32,000 nt of DNA from Fibrobacter succinogenes subsp. succinogenes S85 (GCF_000146505.1 NC_017448.1:2520001-2552000); one strand, 5' to 3'; shown: positions 8,172-16,328, numbered from the stretch's first letter. Made by a program: numbers and translations. The notes: a model not told the origin generated them from the sequence alone.

Positions 8172-9385
8172 TATTTCAACTTCCCGTAGTCTTCGTCGCT
8201 CACGGGCTCAAGCCATTCGTTGCGACCACCTTCGCCAGGGACTTCAATCGCCAAATGCTGGAACCAGGAATCCGGAGCTGCCCCGTGCCAATGCTTGACG
8301 CCAGCCGGAATGTTCACCACGTCGCCGGGCTTCAATTCCACCGCCGGCTTGCCCCATTCCTGATAGTAGCCGCGTCCCGCCGTCGCGATGAGAATCTGCC
8401 CACCGCCCTTCTTTGCATGATGGATATGCCAGTTATTGCGGCACGCCGGTTCAAAAGTCACATTCCCGACGCCCACCTGTTCAGTGCTGATCATGTCGAG
8501 ATAACTCTTGCCCACGAAATACTTGGCGTAGGCGTCGTTCGGCTTACCCACCGGGAACACACTCCAGTCCTTGCCTGGCATGGATTTTGCGTCCGCCACG
8601 TTTACAGCACCAGCCTTCGTCTCCGCCACCGATTCCTTGAGCAGTCGCAGAGCGTTTAGCGTACGCGGGTAGCCGCAATACGGCAAGCAGTTGTAAATCG
8701 CCTGTTCCACGTATTCGGCCGTACGAATCTTCAGGTTCGCGCCGATGTGCGCCTTGAGCTGCGGCTCCGTTCCCAAGTTCACGAGAATCGCCATCGTCAA
8801 GAGTTCGCGGGTATTCAGGTCAAGCCCCTTGCGGGTGTAGTAATCGCCAAAGCAGTTGCTCGCAAGGAAGTAATTGATAGTCGGCATACCGCTCTTGCCG
8901 TTCTTCGCCATATCGCGGAAGGTCTGGCCGAACAGCGTTCCCTGCGCGTCGGCACCCGCCTCCAAGCGGGACTGCGCCGTCACCGTCGCACGGCTTTCGT
9001 CCACCTTCACGTTCTTCGCCTTGAACACGCTGCGGGCAATTTCAACTGCATCCACTGTCCGCGGGAACCCGGTGTAGGGAGCGCACTGGTAAATCGCCTC
9101 GAGAATTTCTTCGGGAGCAAGCCCCTGCGCAAGCGCCGTCGCCACTTCTTCTTGCAAAAGAGCGCCCGACTGCTGCGTCACAAGCGACACCAGGCGAATC
9201 AACTCCACCTCGCGCTTTTCCACAAGCGGAGTCGCCGCCGGAACTTCGTTCTGCGTGAAGTTGTCCATCACGGCACGCAGTTCCTTGTCCTGCGAAAGCG
9301 CCTTTGCCTCGCCCTGCGGACAGCAGTCACATGCGGCAAGCACCGCACCCATACCAAGCATCGTCATAATCGTCCCTAGTTTCAT
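8171..9385 (-). CDS. Lipoprotein with two carboxymuconolactone-decarboxylase-family (CMD) domains + C-terminal cupin domain
   Basis: Lipobox GAVLAAC. CMD-type AIYQCAPYTGFPR and AIYNCLPYCGYPR. Cupin_2-type WHIHHAKKGGGQILIATAGRGYY...GDVVNIPAGVKHWHGA. Its stop overlaps the start of the next gene at 8171. Confidence 0.85.
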   Translation of the reverse strand: MKLGTIMTMLGMGAVLAACDCCPQGEAKALSQDKELRAVMDNFTQNEVPAATPLVEKREVELIRLVSLVTQQSGALLQEEVATALAQGLAPEEILEAIYQCAPYTGFPRTVDAVEIARSVFKAKNVKVDESRATVTAQSRLEAGADAQGTLFGQTFRDMAKNGKSGMPTINYFLASNCFGDYYTRKGLDLNTRELLTMAILVNLGTEPQLKAHIGANLKIRTAEYVEQAIYNCLPYCGYPRTLNALRLLKESVAETKAGAVNVADAKSMPGKDWSVFPVGKPNDAYAKYFVGKSYLDMISTEQVGVGNVTFEPACRNNWHIHHAKKGGGQILIATAGRGYYQEWGKPAVELKPGDVVNIPAGVKHWHGAAPDSWFQHLAIEVPGEGGRNEWLEPVSDEDYGKLK

Positions 9386-9460
9386 GGTTTGTTCCTTTTC
9401 TATCTACGCCTTTAATATAAATAAATGCACAAATCCCGCAAAATACCATTTTTTCATGCT

Positions 9461-9483
9461 CAGTATGCACGAAACGCATAGTG
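9461..9483 (-). promoter_or_regulatory. LysR-type box 1 (ATGC-N7-GCAT) upstream of the 9385 operon
   Basis: The plus strand reads CAGTATGCACGAAACGCATAGTG. In gene orientation it lies 41 nt (hand count) upstream of TATATTA. Confidence 0.7.
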
Positions 9484-9511
9484 AAGCCTGCCAAGGGGAT
9501 TGATTCCCCTA

Positions 9512-9612
9512 GAAGATGTTATACATGACTGTTTAGGCAATCAAGCACCGCATTTTTGTAAACAATTTTGCCTATGAAACTGCGGAAATAAACATTGAAG
9601 TAAAACATCTTC
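9512..9612. repeat. Repeat copy R1, a 101-bp MITE-like unit with imperfect terminal inverted repeats
   Basis: Left end GAAGATGTTATAC versus the reverse complement of the right end GAAGATGTTTTAC (12/13). Positions 9520..9612 match 10611..10703 at 91/93. There is an internal inverted repeat TAGGCAA...TTGCCTA. Confidence 0.7.
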
Positions 9613-9980
9613 AACCTTTAAAATTCTATCAAAATGATGAAGTTGTCGTTGATTTGGAGTAAAATATGAAAAGATGGATTCAAAAGGGAACATCTTTTTC
9701 TGTAAAAAGTATTTGTCAGATGAATGCTTCTATAGCCTTCTTTTGGACTTTGCCTTTGAGTTCGGCGACTTGCCTTTTATCGCCAATTAGTATTAGTATA
9801 TATTTGTTATTGGAGGTCTATTATGCGAGTGATTTCACAAGAATTCAAGCAGATGCTGAAAGATAGTGATGTGTTGTATTTGCAGACGGCGGGTATCACA
9901 TACAAAAGTAACTAAAATTACAAAATCTTGAATATAATCGACTAGTAATAGACTAAGACAAATCGGAATTTGTGGAGGGA

Positions 9981-10553
9981 ATGATGGAAAATTGCAGGAA
10001 AACTGAACGAGAAAGAATGACAAATGGAGAATCTTTTTTTACAAATGACCCGCAGCTCATGGAGGATAAGAAAAACGCTCGTATCCTCTGTTCTCGTTTT
10101 AATAGTTCTCCGGAAGATGAGTCCTTAAGAAAAGCATTGTTAAAACAACTATTCGGGCACTGCGGGGAGAGGATAGCCATCAAGCCCCCGTTCCATTGTG
10201 ATTACGGATATAACATCTTTGCGGGCGATGACTTGTTCATAAACTTTGACTGCGTGTTCCTGGATGCAGCTCCGATTCGGATTGGAGAACATTGTATGAT
10301 CGGACCTAAAACCTGTATATATGCAATCGGTCATCCGTTGGACGCAGAATCAAGAAGAGAAAAGATTGGTATCCCTAAGCCGGTCACCATTGGCGATAAT
10401 GTCTGGATCGGCGGTGGAGTCACGATTCTTCCGGGTGTATCCATAGGAGATGGCACGGTAATCGCTGCTGCTTCTGTAGTAACTAAATCTTTTCCTGATC
10501 ATGTGGTGATTGCAGGAAACCCAGCAAAAATCATAAAGAATATTGAAGAATAA
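9981..10553 (+). CDS. maa: Maltose/galactoside O-acetyltransferase family (Mac N-terminal domain + hexapeptide repeats)
   Basis: TERERMTNGESFFTNDPQLMEDKKNARILCSRFN is Mac-like. Left-handed beta-helix repeats follow: IGEHCMIGPK, IGDNVWIGGGVTILPGVSIGDGTVIAAASVV. SD GGAGGG is at 9974-9979. The start could be ATG 9981 or 9984; the track's 9972 is a GTG. Confidence 0.85.
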   Translation: MMENCRKTERERMTNGESFFTNDPQLMEDKKNARILCSRFNSSPEDESLRKALLKQLFGHCGERIAIKPPFHCDYGYNIFAGDDLFINFDCVFLDAAPIRIGEHCMIGPKTCIYAIGHPLDAESRREKIGIPKPVTIGDNVWIGGGVTILPGVSIGDGTVIAAASVVTKSFPDHVVIAGNPAKIIKNIEE

Positions 10554-10610
10554 CTTCCAGTTTTTGGAGGAGAACATGCGCATAGATTTCAATGAGATTG
10601 CATCCATGAC

Positions 10611-10703
10611 TATACATGACTGTTTGGGCAATCAAGCACCGCACTTTTGTAAACAATTTTGCCTATGAAACTGCGGAAATAAACATTGAAGTAAAACATC
10701 TTC
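10611..10703. repeat. Repeat copy R2 (93 bp), which lacks the left terminal repeat of R1
   Basis: 91/93 identity to 9520..9612 in direct orientation, immediately downstream of the acetyltransferase gene. Confidence 0.75.
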
Positions 10704-10778
10704 TTTCCCCTAAAAAGAAAAGACTGCCAAGAGTTTCCTGGCAATCTTTCTAAAACATTCCGCCCATAAGGCGCAAGC

Positions 10779-10811
10779 CTACTTCACCCACTTATCGACT
10801 TCTTTCTGGGC
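10779..10811 (-). pseudogene. Relic of a flavodoxin gene 3' end (encodes AQKEVDKWVK-stop)
   Basis: 10771..10813 is near-identical to 21080..21122, the 3' end of the intact flavodoxin at 21088..21648 (same C-terminal peptide AQKEVDKWVK). Homology stops abruptly at about 10813. Confidence 0.65.
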
Positions 10812-10837
10812 CTTTATAACTTACTACACCGCAAAAA

Positions 10838-10875
10838 GTAAAATCTGTGTAAAGCGGCGTAAAGCCTTTGTAAAG
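10838..10875 (-). promoter_or_regulatory. Four direct GTAAA(A/G) (= TTTAC on the minus strand) repeats at 11/10/11-bp spacing; Pho-box-like array
   Basis: Hexamers start at 10838, 10849, 10859 and 10870, about 70-100 nt upstream of the PiT start. The periodicity is typical of OmpR/PhoB-family binding. Confidence 0.45.
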
Positions 10876-10909
10876 TCCTAATAAAACCTTTGGAAAACTT
10901 CATTCCATC

Positions 10910-10936
10910 GCCTTGCGTATTGTCGCAAGGCTTTTT
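10910..10936 (+). terminator. Terminator-like hairpin immediately upstream of the PiT start codon
   Basis: GCCTTGCG-tattgt-CGCAAGGC followed by TTTTT. ATG candidates lie at 10942 and 10960. Confidence 0.5.
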
Positions 10937-10941
10937 AGTTT

Positions 10942-13194
10942 ATGGCCCGAGAGGTTTTTATGACGACTTTTTATGTGATTCTTGTGGCCATGCTCCTAAT
11001 CCTTGCCCTGTTCGACCTGTTCGTAGGGGTCAGTAACGATGCCGTGAATTTTCTCAGTTCCGCTGTCGGGAGCAAGGCTTTCAAGTACAAAACCCTGATG
11101 GTCTTTGCTGCAGTGGGCGTGTTCTGTGGCGCTACGTTCAGCAGCGGCATGATGGATATTGCCCGCCATGGCATTTACATGCCCCAGTATTATACCTTTG
11201 CAGAACTTATGTGCGTATATGCGGCGGTGATGTTTACTGACGTAATCCTTCTAGATATTTTCAATTTTTACGGTATGCCCACTTCCACCACAGTTTCCAT
11301 GGTCTTTGAACTTTTGGGCGCCTCTGTGGCTATCGCCAGTATCAAGATTCTTTCTGACGATACCCTGGAACTGGGAAACCTCATCAACACCTCTAAGGCT
11401 CTGACGGTGATTTTGGGCATCTTCCTTTCGGTGGCCATCGCTTTTGTAGTTGGCCTTGCAGTGCAGTATGTGACGCGCCTGGTTTTCTCCTTTGGCTACA
11501 AGAAAAATATTCGATACTTTATTGGTGTTTTTGGAAGCGTTTCCCTGACGTCCATATTTTATTTTATCCTCATCAAGGGCCTCAAAAACATGAGTTTTGT
11601 GGGAGCAGGCTACAAGACTTTTCTCGCGGAAAATGAGACCGTTCTTGTGGCTGGCATGTTCGTCGGATTTTTCGTCCTTTGTCACTTGCTCCATGCGGTA
11701 AAAGTAAACGTGCTCAAGGTAATCATTGCTTTTGGGACTTTTTCTCTGGCTCTTGCCTTTGCCGGAAACGACCTTGTGAATTTTGTGGGGGTACCCCTCA
11801 CCAGCCTTTCTTCGGTGCAGCATTTGATGGCTGCTGGGGGCAATCCTCAGGATTTCAACATGTCCTTCTTGTTGGAGTCGGAACCAGGACAGTGGTACTT
11901 GCTGATGGTTGCTGGGCTTACCATGGTATTCTCCCTTGTGTTTTCCAAGAAGGCTCGGAATGTGGTGAAGACTTCCGTATCCCTAGCGGCCCAAAATTCT
12001 TCTGAAGAAATCTTTGGTACAAATCCGGTCGCTCGCGCCTTAGTTCGCAGTTCTAATGGTGTCGTAAAATTTGTAACAGAATTTATTCCAAGGAAAATTT
12101 CGGATAAAATTAACACCCGCTTTAATACCAAGGAAATGATTCTGGAAGAGGATGGGGCAGCCTTTGATTTGTTGCGGGCCTGCGTGAACCTGATGCTTGC
12201 CAGTTCTCTCATAGCCCTCGGAACTTCACTGAAACTTCCCCTTTCTACCACCTACGTGACCTTCATGGTGGCCATGGGTACAAGCCTTGCCGACAGGGCG
12301 TGGAACCGTGAAACTGCGGTGTACCGCATCACAGGGGTTCTTTCGGTTATTGGAGGCTGGTTCCTGACAGCTTTTGCGGCTTTTGCCAGTGCCTCGGTGG
12401 TGGCTATGGTGCTTCACTTTGGCGGGCTCCCGGTGATATTTGCCCTGTTTGCCGTGGTTATTTTCGTGCTGGTCCGTTCCAACCTGAAGTATCGTGGAAA
12501 CAAGAAGGACAAAACTGAAGAGCGTTTTGAGAAAATTCTTTCTGCAAGCCCCGAAACCAAGGTGTACCCTCTTATTCAGGAATACAGTCGGGGTGAATGG
12601 AGCGAAATTCTCCGCTGGTGTGCCGATTGCTATGAAAAACTGCTGATAGGCCTGTTGCGGGAAGATTTAGGAAGGCTCCGCTCGGTGAACAAACAAATTA
12701 AAATTCTAAAGAAACATGTGCAGCGGAATCGTCGCCACGGAACCCTGTGTACAGAAAGGCTCGCCCAAGAAGATTTGGTGGTCAAAAACTTTTTCCTGTA
12801 TCAGGCCAATGACTTTATGGGGGACGCCCTGTTTAGCCTAGAGCAGATTTCTTCGCCCTGCAAAAATCACGTGGACAACGGCTTTAACCCGATGGACAAC
12901 GAGAAGCGGAAGATGCTCCTGCGAACAGCGGCCCACGTGAAGGAGCGTATCGAGAGTGTCGCCGAGATGGTGGAAATCATGGACTTTGACCGTTATGATC
13001 AAGTCCGGGGCCAGCTGCGGGAAGAAGGTTCCAGGATATTTGCCGAACGAAAGGCCGAGATGATGAAGGCCGGTTCCGAAAACATCCGCGCAGAAATCCT
13101 TTATTTAACTATTCTTTATGAGTCCTGGGCGTTGCTGGATTCGGTCAGTTCCGTGGCCAAAGCCAGTAGAAAATTCCTAACTGTAAAACAATAA
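10942..13194 (+). CDS. Inorganic phosphate transporter, PiT family, with a long cytoplasmic C-terminal helical (PhoU-like?) extension
   Basis: Duplicated PiT signature GVSNDAVNFLSSAVGS and AGNDLVNFVGVPL, with many TM segments. The C-terminal ~240 aa are hydrophilic and helical. An alternative start at 10960 (MTTFYV) has the better SD, GAGAGG. Confidence 0.85.
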   Translation: MAREVFMTTFYVILVAMLLILALFDLFVGVSNDAVNFLSSAVGSKAFKYKTLMVFAAVGVFCGATFSSGMMDIARHGIYMPQYYTFAELMCVYAAVMFTDVILLDIFNFYGMPTSTTVSMVFELLGASVAIASIKILSDDTLELGNLINTSKALTVILGIFLSVAIAFVVGLAVQYVTRLVFSFGYKKNIRYFIGVFGSVSLTSIFYFILIKGLKNMSFVGAGYKTFLAENETVLVAGMFVGFFVLCHLLHAVKVNVLKVIIAFGTFSLALAFAGNDLVNFVGVPLTSLSSVQHLMAAGGNPQDFNMSFLLESEPGQWYLLMVAGLTMVFSLVFSKKARNVVKTSVSLAAQNSSEEIFGTNPVARALVRSSNGVVKFVTEFIPRKISDKINTRFNTKEMILEEDGAAFDLLRACVNLMLASSLIALGTSLKLPLSTTYVTFMVAMGTSLADRAWNRETAVYRITGVLSVIGGWFLTAFAAFASASVVAMVLHFGGLPVIFALFAVVIFVLVRSNLKYRGNKKDKTEERFEKILSASPETKVYPLIQEYSRGEWSEILRWCADCYEKLLIGLLREDLGRLRSVNKQIKILKKHVQRNRRHGTLCTERLAQEDLVVKNFFLYQANDFMGDALFSLEQISSPCKNHVDNGFNPMDNEKRKMLLRTAAHVKERIESVAEMVEIMDFDRYDQVRGQLREEGSRIFAERKAEMMKAGSENIRAEILYLTILYESWALLDSVSSVAKASRKFLTVKQ

Positions 13195-13209
13195 TTTGTG
13201 TGTAATCCT

Positions 13210-13887
13210 ATGATTTATATTGTGGAAGATGATGCTGAAGTTCGGGAAATGGAAACTTATGCTTTAAAGAGCGGCAGTTTTGACGTGATGGCTTTCGAAT
13301 GCGGTAAAGTTATGGACGAACAAGTTAAGGTTAAAGTGCCGGACTTGTTTATTTTGGACATTATGCTCCCCGGTGAAGACGGCTTAAGTATTCTCAAGCG
13401 TTTGCGAGGACAGGAAAACACAAAGAATATCCCTGTCATCATGCTTACGGCGAAAGGAACTGAACTTGACAAAGTGAAGGGACTTGACTTGGGAGCGGAC
13501 GACTATATCGCAAAGCCGTTTGGCATTCTAGAACTCATCTCTAGAGTACGGGCTGTACTTCGCCGTTCTGGACGAGGCTCATCCGAAAGTACGGAGTCAC
13601 TGAGCTTGGCTTTAGGAGGAGTGATTCTTGATGACCAGCGTCGTTCGGTAACTGTTGACGGGGTTGCTGTAGAACTCACTTTTAAGGAATACGAGCTTTT
13701 GAAACTCCTGATGTCCCGACCGGGAACTGTTTTCTCTAGGCAACAGATTCTAGAAAAGATTTGGGGTGTGGATTTCGATATGGATACCCGCACCGTAGAC
13801 ATGCATGTAAAAACCCTTCGTCAAAAGTTGGGGGCGCATGGTTCTATAGTACAAACTGTGCGAAACGTGGGATACAAGGCTCTATGA
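13210..13887 (+). CDS. OmpR/PhoB-family response regulator
   Basis: Receiver domain: IYIVEDD, LFILDIMLPGEDG, IMLTAKG. Winged-helix output domain: LTFKEYELLKLLM...VDMHVKTLRQKL...VRNVGYK. It begins 16 nt after the PiT stop. The track's 13198 start is a GTG. Confidence 0.9.
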   Translation: MIYIVEDDAEVREMETYALKSGSFDVMAFECGKVMDEQVKVKVPDLFILDIMLPGEDGLSILKRLRGQENTKNIPVIMLTAKGTELDKVKGLDLGADDYIAKPFGILELISRVRAVLRRSGRGSSESTESLSLALGGVILDDQRRSVTVDGVAVELTFKEYELLKLLMSRPGTVFSRQQILEKIWGVDFDMDTRTVDMHVKTLRQKLGAHGSIVQTVRNVGYKAL

Positions 13888-15248
13888 AAAACAGCATTCG
13901 TTTCAGCTTGATTTACGTAGGTGTGCTGGCCGCTCTTTTTGCGGTGTATTTTACGGCACGCGTCTTCGAAAACGAAATGTCAGAACAGCTGAAGCGAGAT
14001 TTGAGGGAAACAGCCTTTCTCGTCAAAAATTTCTATGGGCAGATTCCTTCAGAAGACTTTCGGAAAAACCTGGATTCCATTGCCAACAAACGTTTGCGCG
14101 TAACTCTGGTGGATCGGGATGGAAAGGTCCTCTACGAAAGCGACGCAAAAGCAGGCCAAATGGAAAATCATAGGAATCGTCCCGAAATTATGGAAGCGAA
14201 TTCCAAGGGTGTAGGTGAAAACCTCCGTTATTCAGTGACCCTGAATGCCAAGGTATTCTATTTTGCAGAACGACTCCCAGATGGCAAAATTCTTCGTTTG
14301 AGCCGCCGTCAGGCGAGCCTCCACGAATCAGTATCCAAGACCATGCCTTACTTGATAGCGCTGTTGACAGGTATTGTTGTTTTGGCCATTCTGATTGCTT
14401 TAGGCTTGAGCCGCGCTTTTGTACGACCCGTGCAAAAATTGGCGGAAAACTTGGGTCAGCCAGAACTTATTGATGACGAAGATATCTACAAGGAAATCGC
14501 TCCGCTGGTCAAAACCATCCGTAAGCAGCATCGTGAACTGCAACTCACCATTGAACAACTTTCTGAAGAAAAAAAGAAAACGGCCAAGATGCGAGATGAG
14601 TTTACGGCTAACGCCTCCCATGAACTCAAAACGCCATTGACATCCATTTCTGGATATGCGGAACTTATCGAAAATGGCATGGCGAAACCCGAAGATGTAA
14701 AGCGCTTTGCTGGAAAAATTCACAAAGAAGCTGGCCGTCTCCTTTCTATCGCCAACGATATCATGACCCTTTCAAAGCTGGATGCTCCGGGAGAATCTGC
14801 GATTGGACTGGACGAATCCGTGAATTTGTGGACACTGGCTTCAAACTGTATTGACGAACTCTCCTTTAACGCCGAAAAGAAGGGTGTTCGTGTGGCGCTG
14901 GAAGGTTGTAAAACCGCAGAGGTTTACGGCAATCGTCGGCTCCTATTCGAGATGCTTTACAACTTGGTCGACAATTCCATTCGCTATACAGAAACGGGCG
15001 GTTCCGTGAGTATTCTAGTGCAACAAAAATCTATTGCTGTGAAGGATACAGGGATTGGCATTCCCGAAGAAAACCAGCCACGCATTTTTGAACGGTTTTA
15101 CCGTGTGGACAAGAGTCGCTCCAAGGCTACAGGCGGCACGGGATTGGGCCTTGCCATTGTTAAGCATATCGCCGAAGTGCACCATGCAGAGATTTCGTTA
15201 CAATCCGCCATAGGCGTAGGTACAGAAATAACAGTGGCTTTCTGCTAG
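13884..15248 (+). CDS. Sensor histidine kinase, PhoR-like
   Basis: ATGA overlap with the RR stop (13884-13887). Two TM segments flank a sensor domain with ENHRNRPEI. H-box SHELKTPLTSISGYAELI, N-box LVDNSIRYT, G-boxes VKDTGIGIP and GGTGLGLAIVKHI. Confidence 0.9.
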   Translation: MKNSIRFSLIYVGVLAALFAVYFTARVFENEMSEQLKRDLRETAFLVKNFYGQIPSEDFRKNLDSIANKRLRVTLVDRDGKVLYESDAKAGQMENHRNRPEIMEANSKGVGENLRYSVTLNAKVFYFAERLPDGKILRLSRRQASLHESVSKTMPYLIALLTGIVVLAILIALGLSRAFVRPVQKLAENLGQPELIDDEDIYKEIAPLVKTIRKQHRELQLTIEQLSEEKKKTAKMRDEFTANASHELKTPLTSISGYAELIENGMAKPEDVKRFAGKIHKEAGRLLSIANDIMTLSKLDAPGESAIGLDESVNLWTLASNCIDELSFNAEKKGVRVALEGCKTAEVYGNRRLLFEMLYNLVDNSIRYTETGGSVSILVQQKSIAVKDTGIGIPEENQPRIFERFYRVDKSRSKATGGTGLGLAIVKHIAEVHHAEISLQSAIGVGTEITVAFC

Positions 15249-15250
15249 AA

Positions 15251-15275
15251 GCAAGCCTATTTCTCCCACTTATGG
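15251..15275 (-). repeat. Second copy of the flavodoxin-3'-end-like sequence (direct repeat of 10773..10797)
   Basis: GCAAGCCTATTTCTCCCACTTATGG versus GCAAGCCTACTTCACCCACTTATCG. The first 23 nt differ at 2 positions. It reads HKWEK-stop on the minus strand. Confidence 0.55.
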
Positions 15276-15287
15276 CTCTGTCGGGTC

Positions 15288-15360
15288 AAAGGCGGTCCTA
15301 TCGAAAACGCGGGTGGCCTGTTGCATATTATGGGTCACCATGACGACGGTATAGTCCTTC
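15288..15360 (-). pseudogene. pstB gene fragment (about 73 bp)
   Basis: Roughly 90% identical by eye to 16430..16502 inside the intact pstB. It encodes ...[23 protein letters not shown], with no start and no continuation. Confidence 0.8.
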
Positions 15361-15377
15361 GGGTAATTTATATTTTC

Positions 15378-15602
15378 TTAAAGCCGTTCCAGCTGGACCA
15401 GGGAAAGGCGATTGTCCAGCCACACCTTCTTGGGCACCAGCCGGTAAAGCTTGTTGATGTATCCACCAGAACCGATAATAGAAACGGGCCCCCAGTTCAC
15501 CATCATCATGCGGATTTCGTCGCACATGTCATCTACGGAATCCATGTCCACCAGGCCGCAGAGCAGCCGCAGGGTTCCGATATTGAAACTACGGCTACCC
15601 AT
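15378..15602 (-). pseudogene. Possible Ppx/GppA-type (ASKHA) fragment, 74 codons
   Basis: SFNIGTLRL and IIGSGGYINKLYRL loosely resemble the SxxxGxVRL and GxGGTxxxL segments of exopolyphosphatases. It is far too short for a full domain. Tentative. Confidence 0.3.
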
Positions 15603-15641
15603 AAACAGGCCCTAGTAAAGTCAGTTTTATAATATTTCTAG

Positions 15642-16328
15642 TTACTTTTCATCGAAATCGTCGGCCCCGTTCAAGAGATTGGCTCCATGATGAGTACCGG
15701 TTTCTGCAAAGATGGCCCACTGGGCCACGTTCATGGCGTGGTCGCCGATGCGTTCCAGGTATTTAGCGATCATGATGGAATGGATAATGCTCTCGGCATC
15801 GCTTTCCGTCTTCCTGATAGTTTCCACCAGTTCACGCTTGGCAGAGCGGAAAAGGAAATCCACGTCATCGTCACTTTCAATTACAATCTTGGCCAGCTTC
15901 AAGTCCTTACGGACAAAGGCATCGATACTTTGCGCCAGCATCTTAAGCACGTCAATGCCCATGGGCGGAATAGCGGCCAGTTTCAGGGGAGTCCCGTCCT
16001 GGTCTGTACACCCCGCCACAATTTCAGCAATATCTGCAGCCTGGTCGCCGATGCGTTCCAGGTCCCCCACCATTTTCAGGGAGGCCGAAATCAGGCGCAA
16101 GTCCCGGGCTACAGGCTGCTGGCTCAGCAAAAGCCGCAGGCAAAGAGTCTCAATTTCCTTCATCTTCTGGTCGATTTCCTTGTCGCCCACCACAATCTTC
16201 TTGGCGGTTTCACGGTCAAAGGCCAGCAAGGCGTCTATGGAGGCCTTCAGGGAATCTTCCACCAGGGCGCCCATTTCTATAATACCCCTGTTCAGGGCTT
16301 CCAGTTGCGAATCAAAACGGTTTCTCAT
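15642..16328 (-). CDS. phoU: Phosphate signalling complex protein PhoU
   Basis: Two PhoU repeats (DKEIDQKMKEIETLCLRLLLSQQPVARDLR, ERIGDQAADIAE / ERIGDHAMNVAQ). One-nt overlap with the pstB stop. Confidence 0.9.
   Translation of the reverse strand: MRNRFDSQLEALNRGIIEMGALVEDSLKASIDALLAFDRETAKKIVVGDKEIDQKMKEIETLCLRLLLSQQPVARDLRLISASLKMVGDLERIGDQAADIAEIVAGCTDQDGTPLKLAAIPPMGIDVLKMLAQSIDAFVRKDLKLAKIVIESDDDVDFLFRSAKRELVETIRKTESDAESIIHSIMIAKYLERIGDHAMNVAQWAIFAETGTHHGANLLNGADDFDEK

Noticed and set aside
9666-9866. 66-aa ORF in the AT-rich spacer upstream of the acetyltransferase
   Set aside because: It is hydrophobic and low-complexity, has no SD, and overlaps the better-supported mini-ORF region. 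It is likely a chance ORF in AT-rich DNA.
9512-10703. Interpretation of the 93-bp repeats as integron attC sites (a single-gene acetyltransferase cassette)
   Set aside because: I could not find the GTTRRRY / RYYYAAC core sites in the proper arrangement; the nearest are GTTTAGGC and GCCTATGAAAC. No intI integrase is present in the window. The idea is kept only as a remote possibility inside the repeat finding.
13761-13883. Upstream extension of the histidine kinase ORF (track start 13761)
   Set aside because: It overlaps the response-regulator coding sequence in another frame. The MKNSIRFSLIYVG start at 13884 gives the classic ATGA coupling and a proper N-terminal TM segment.
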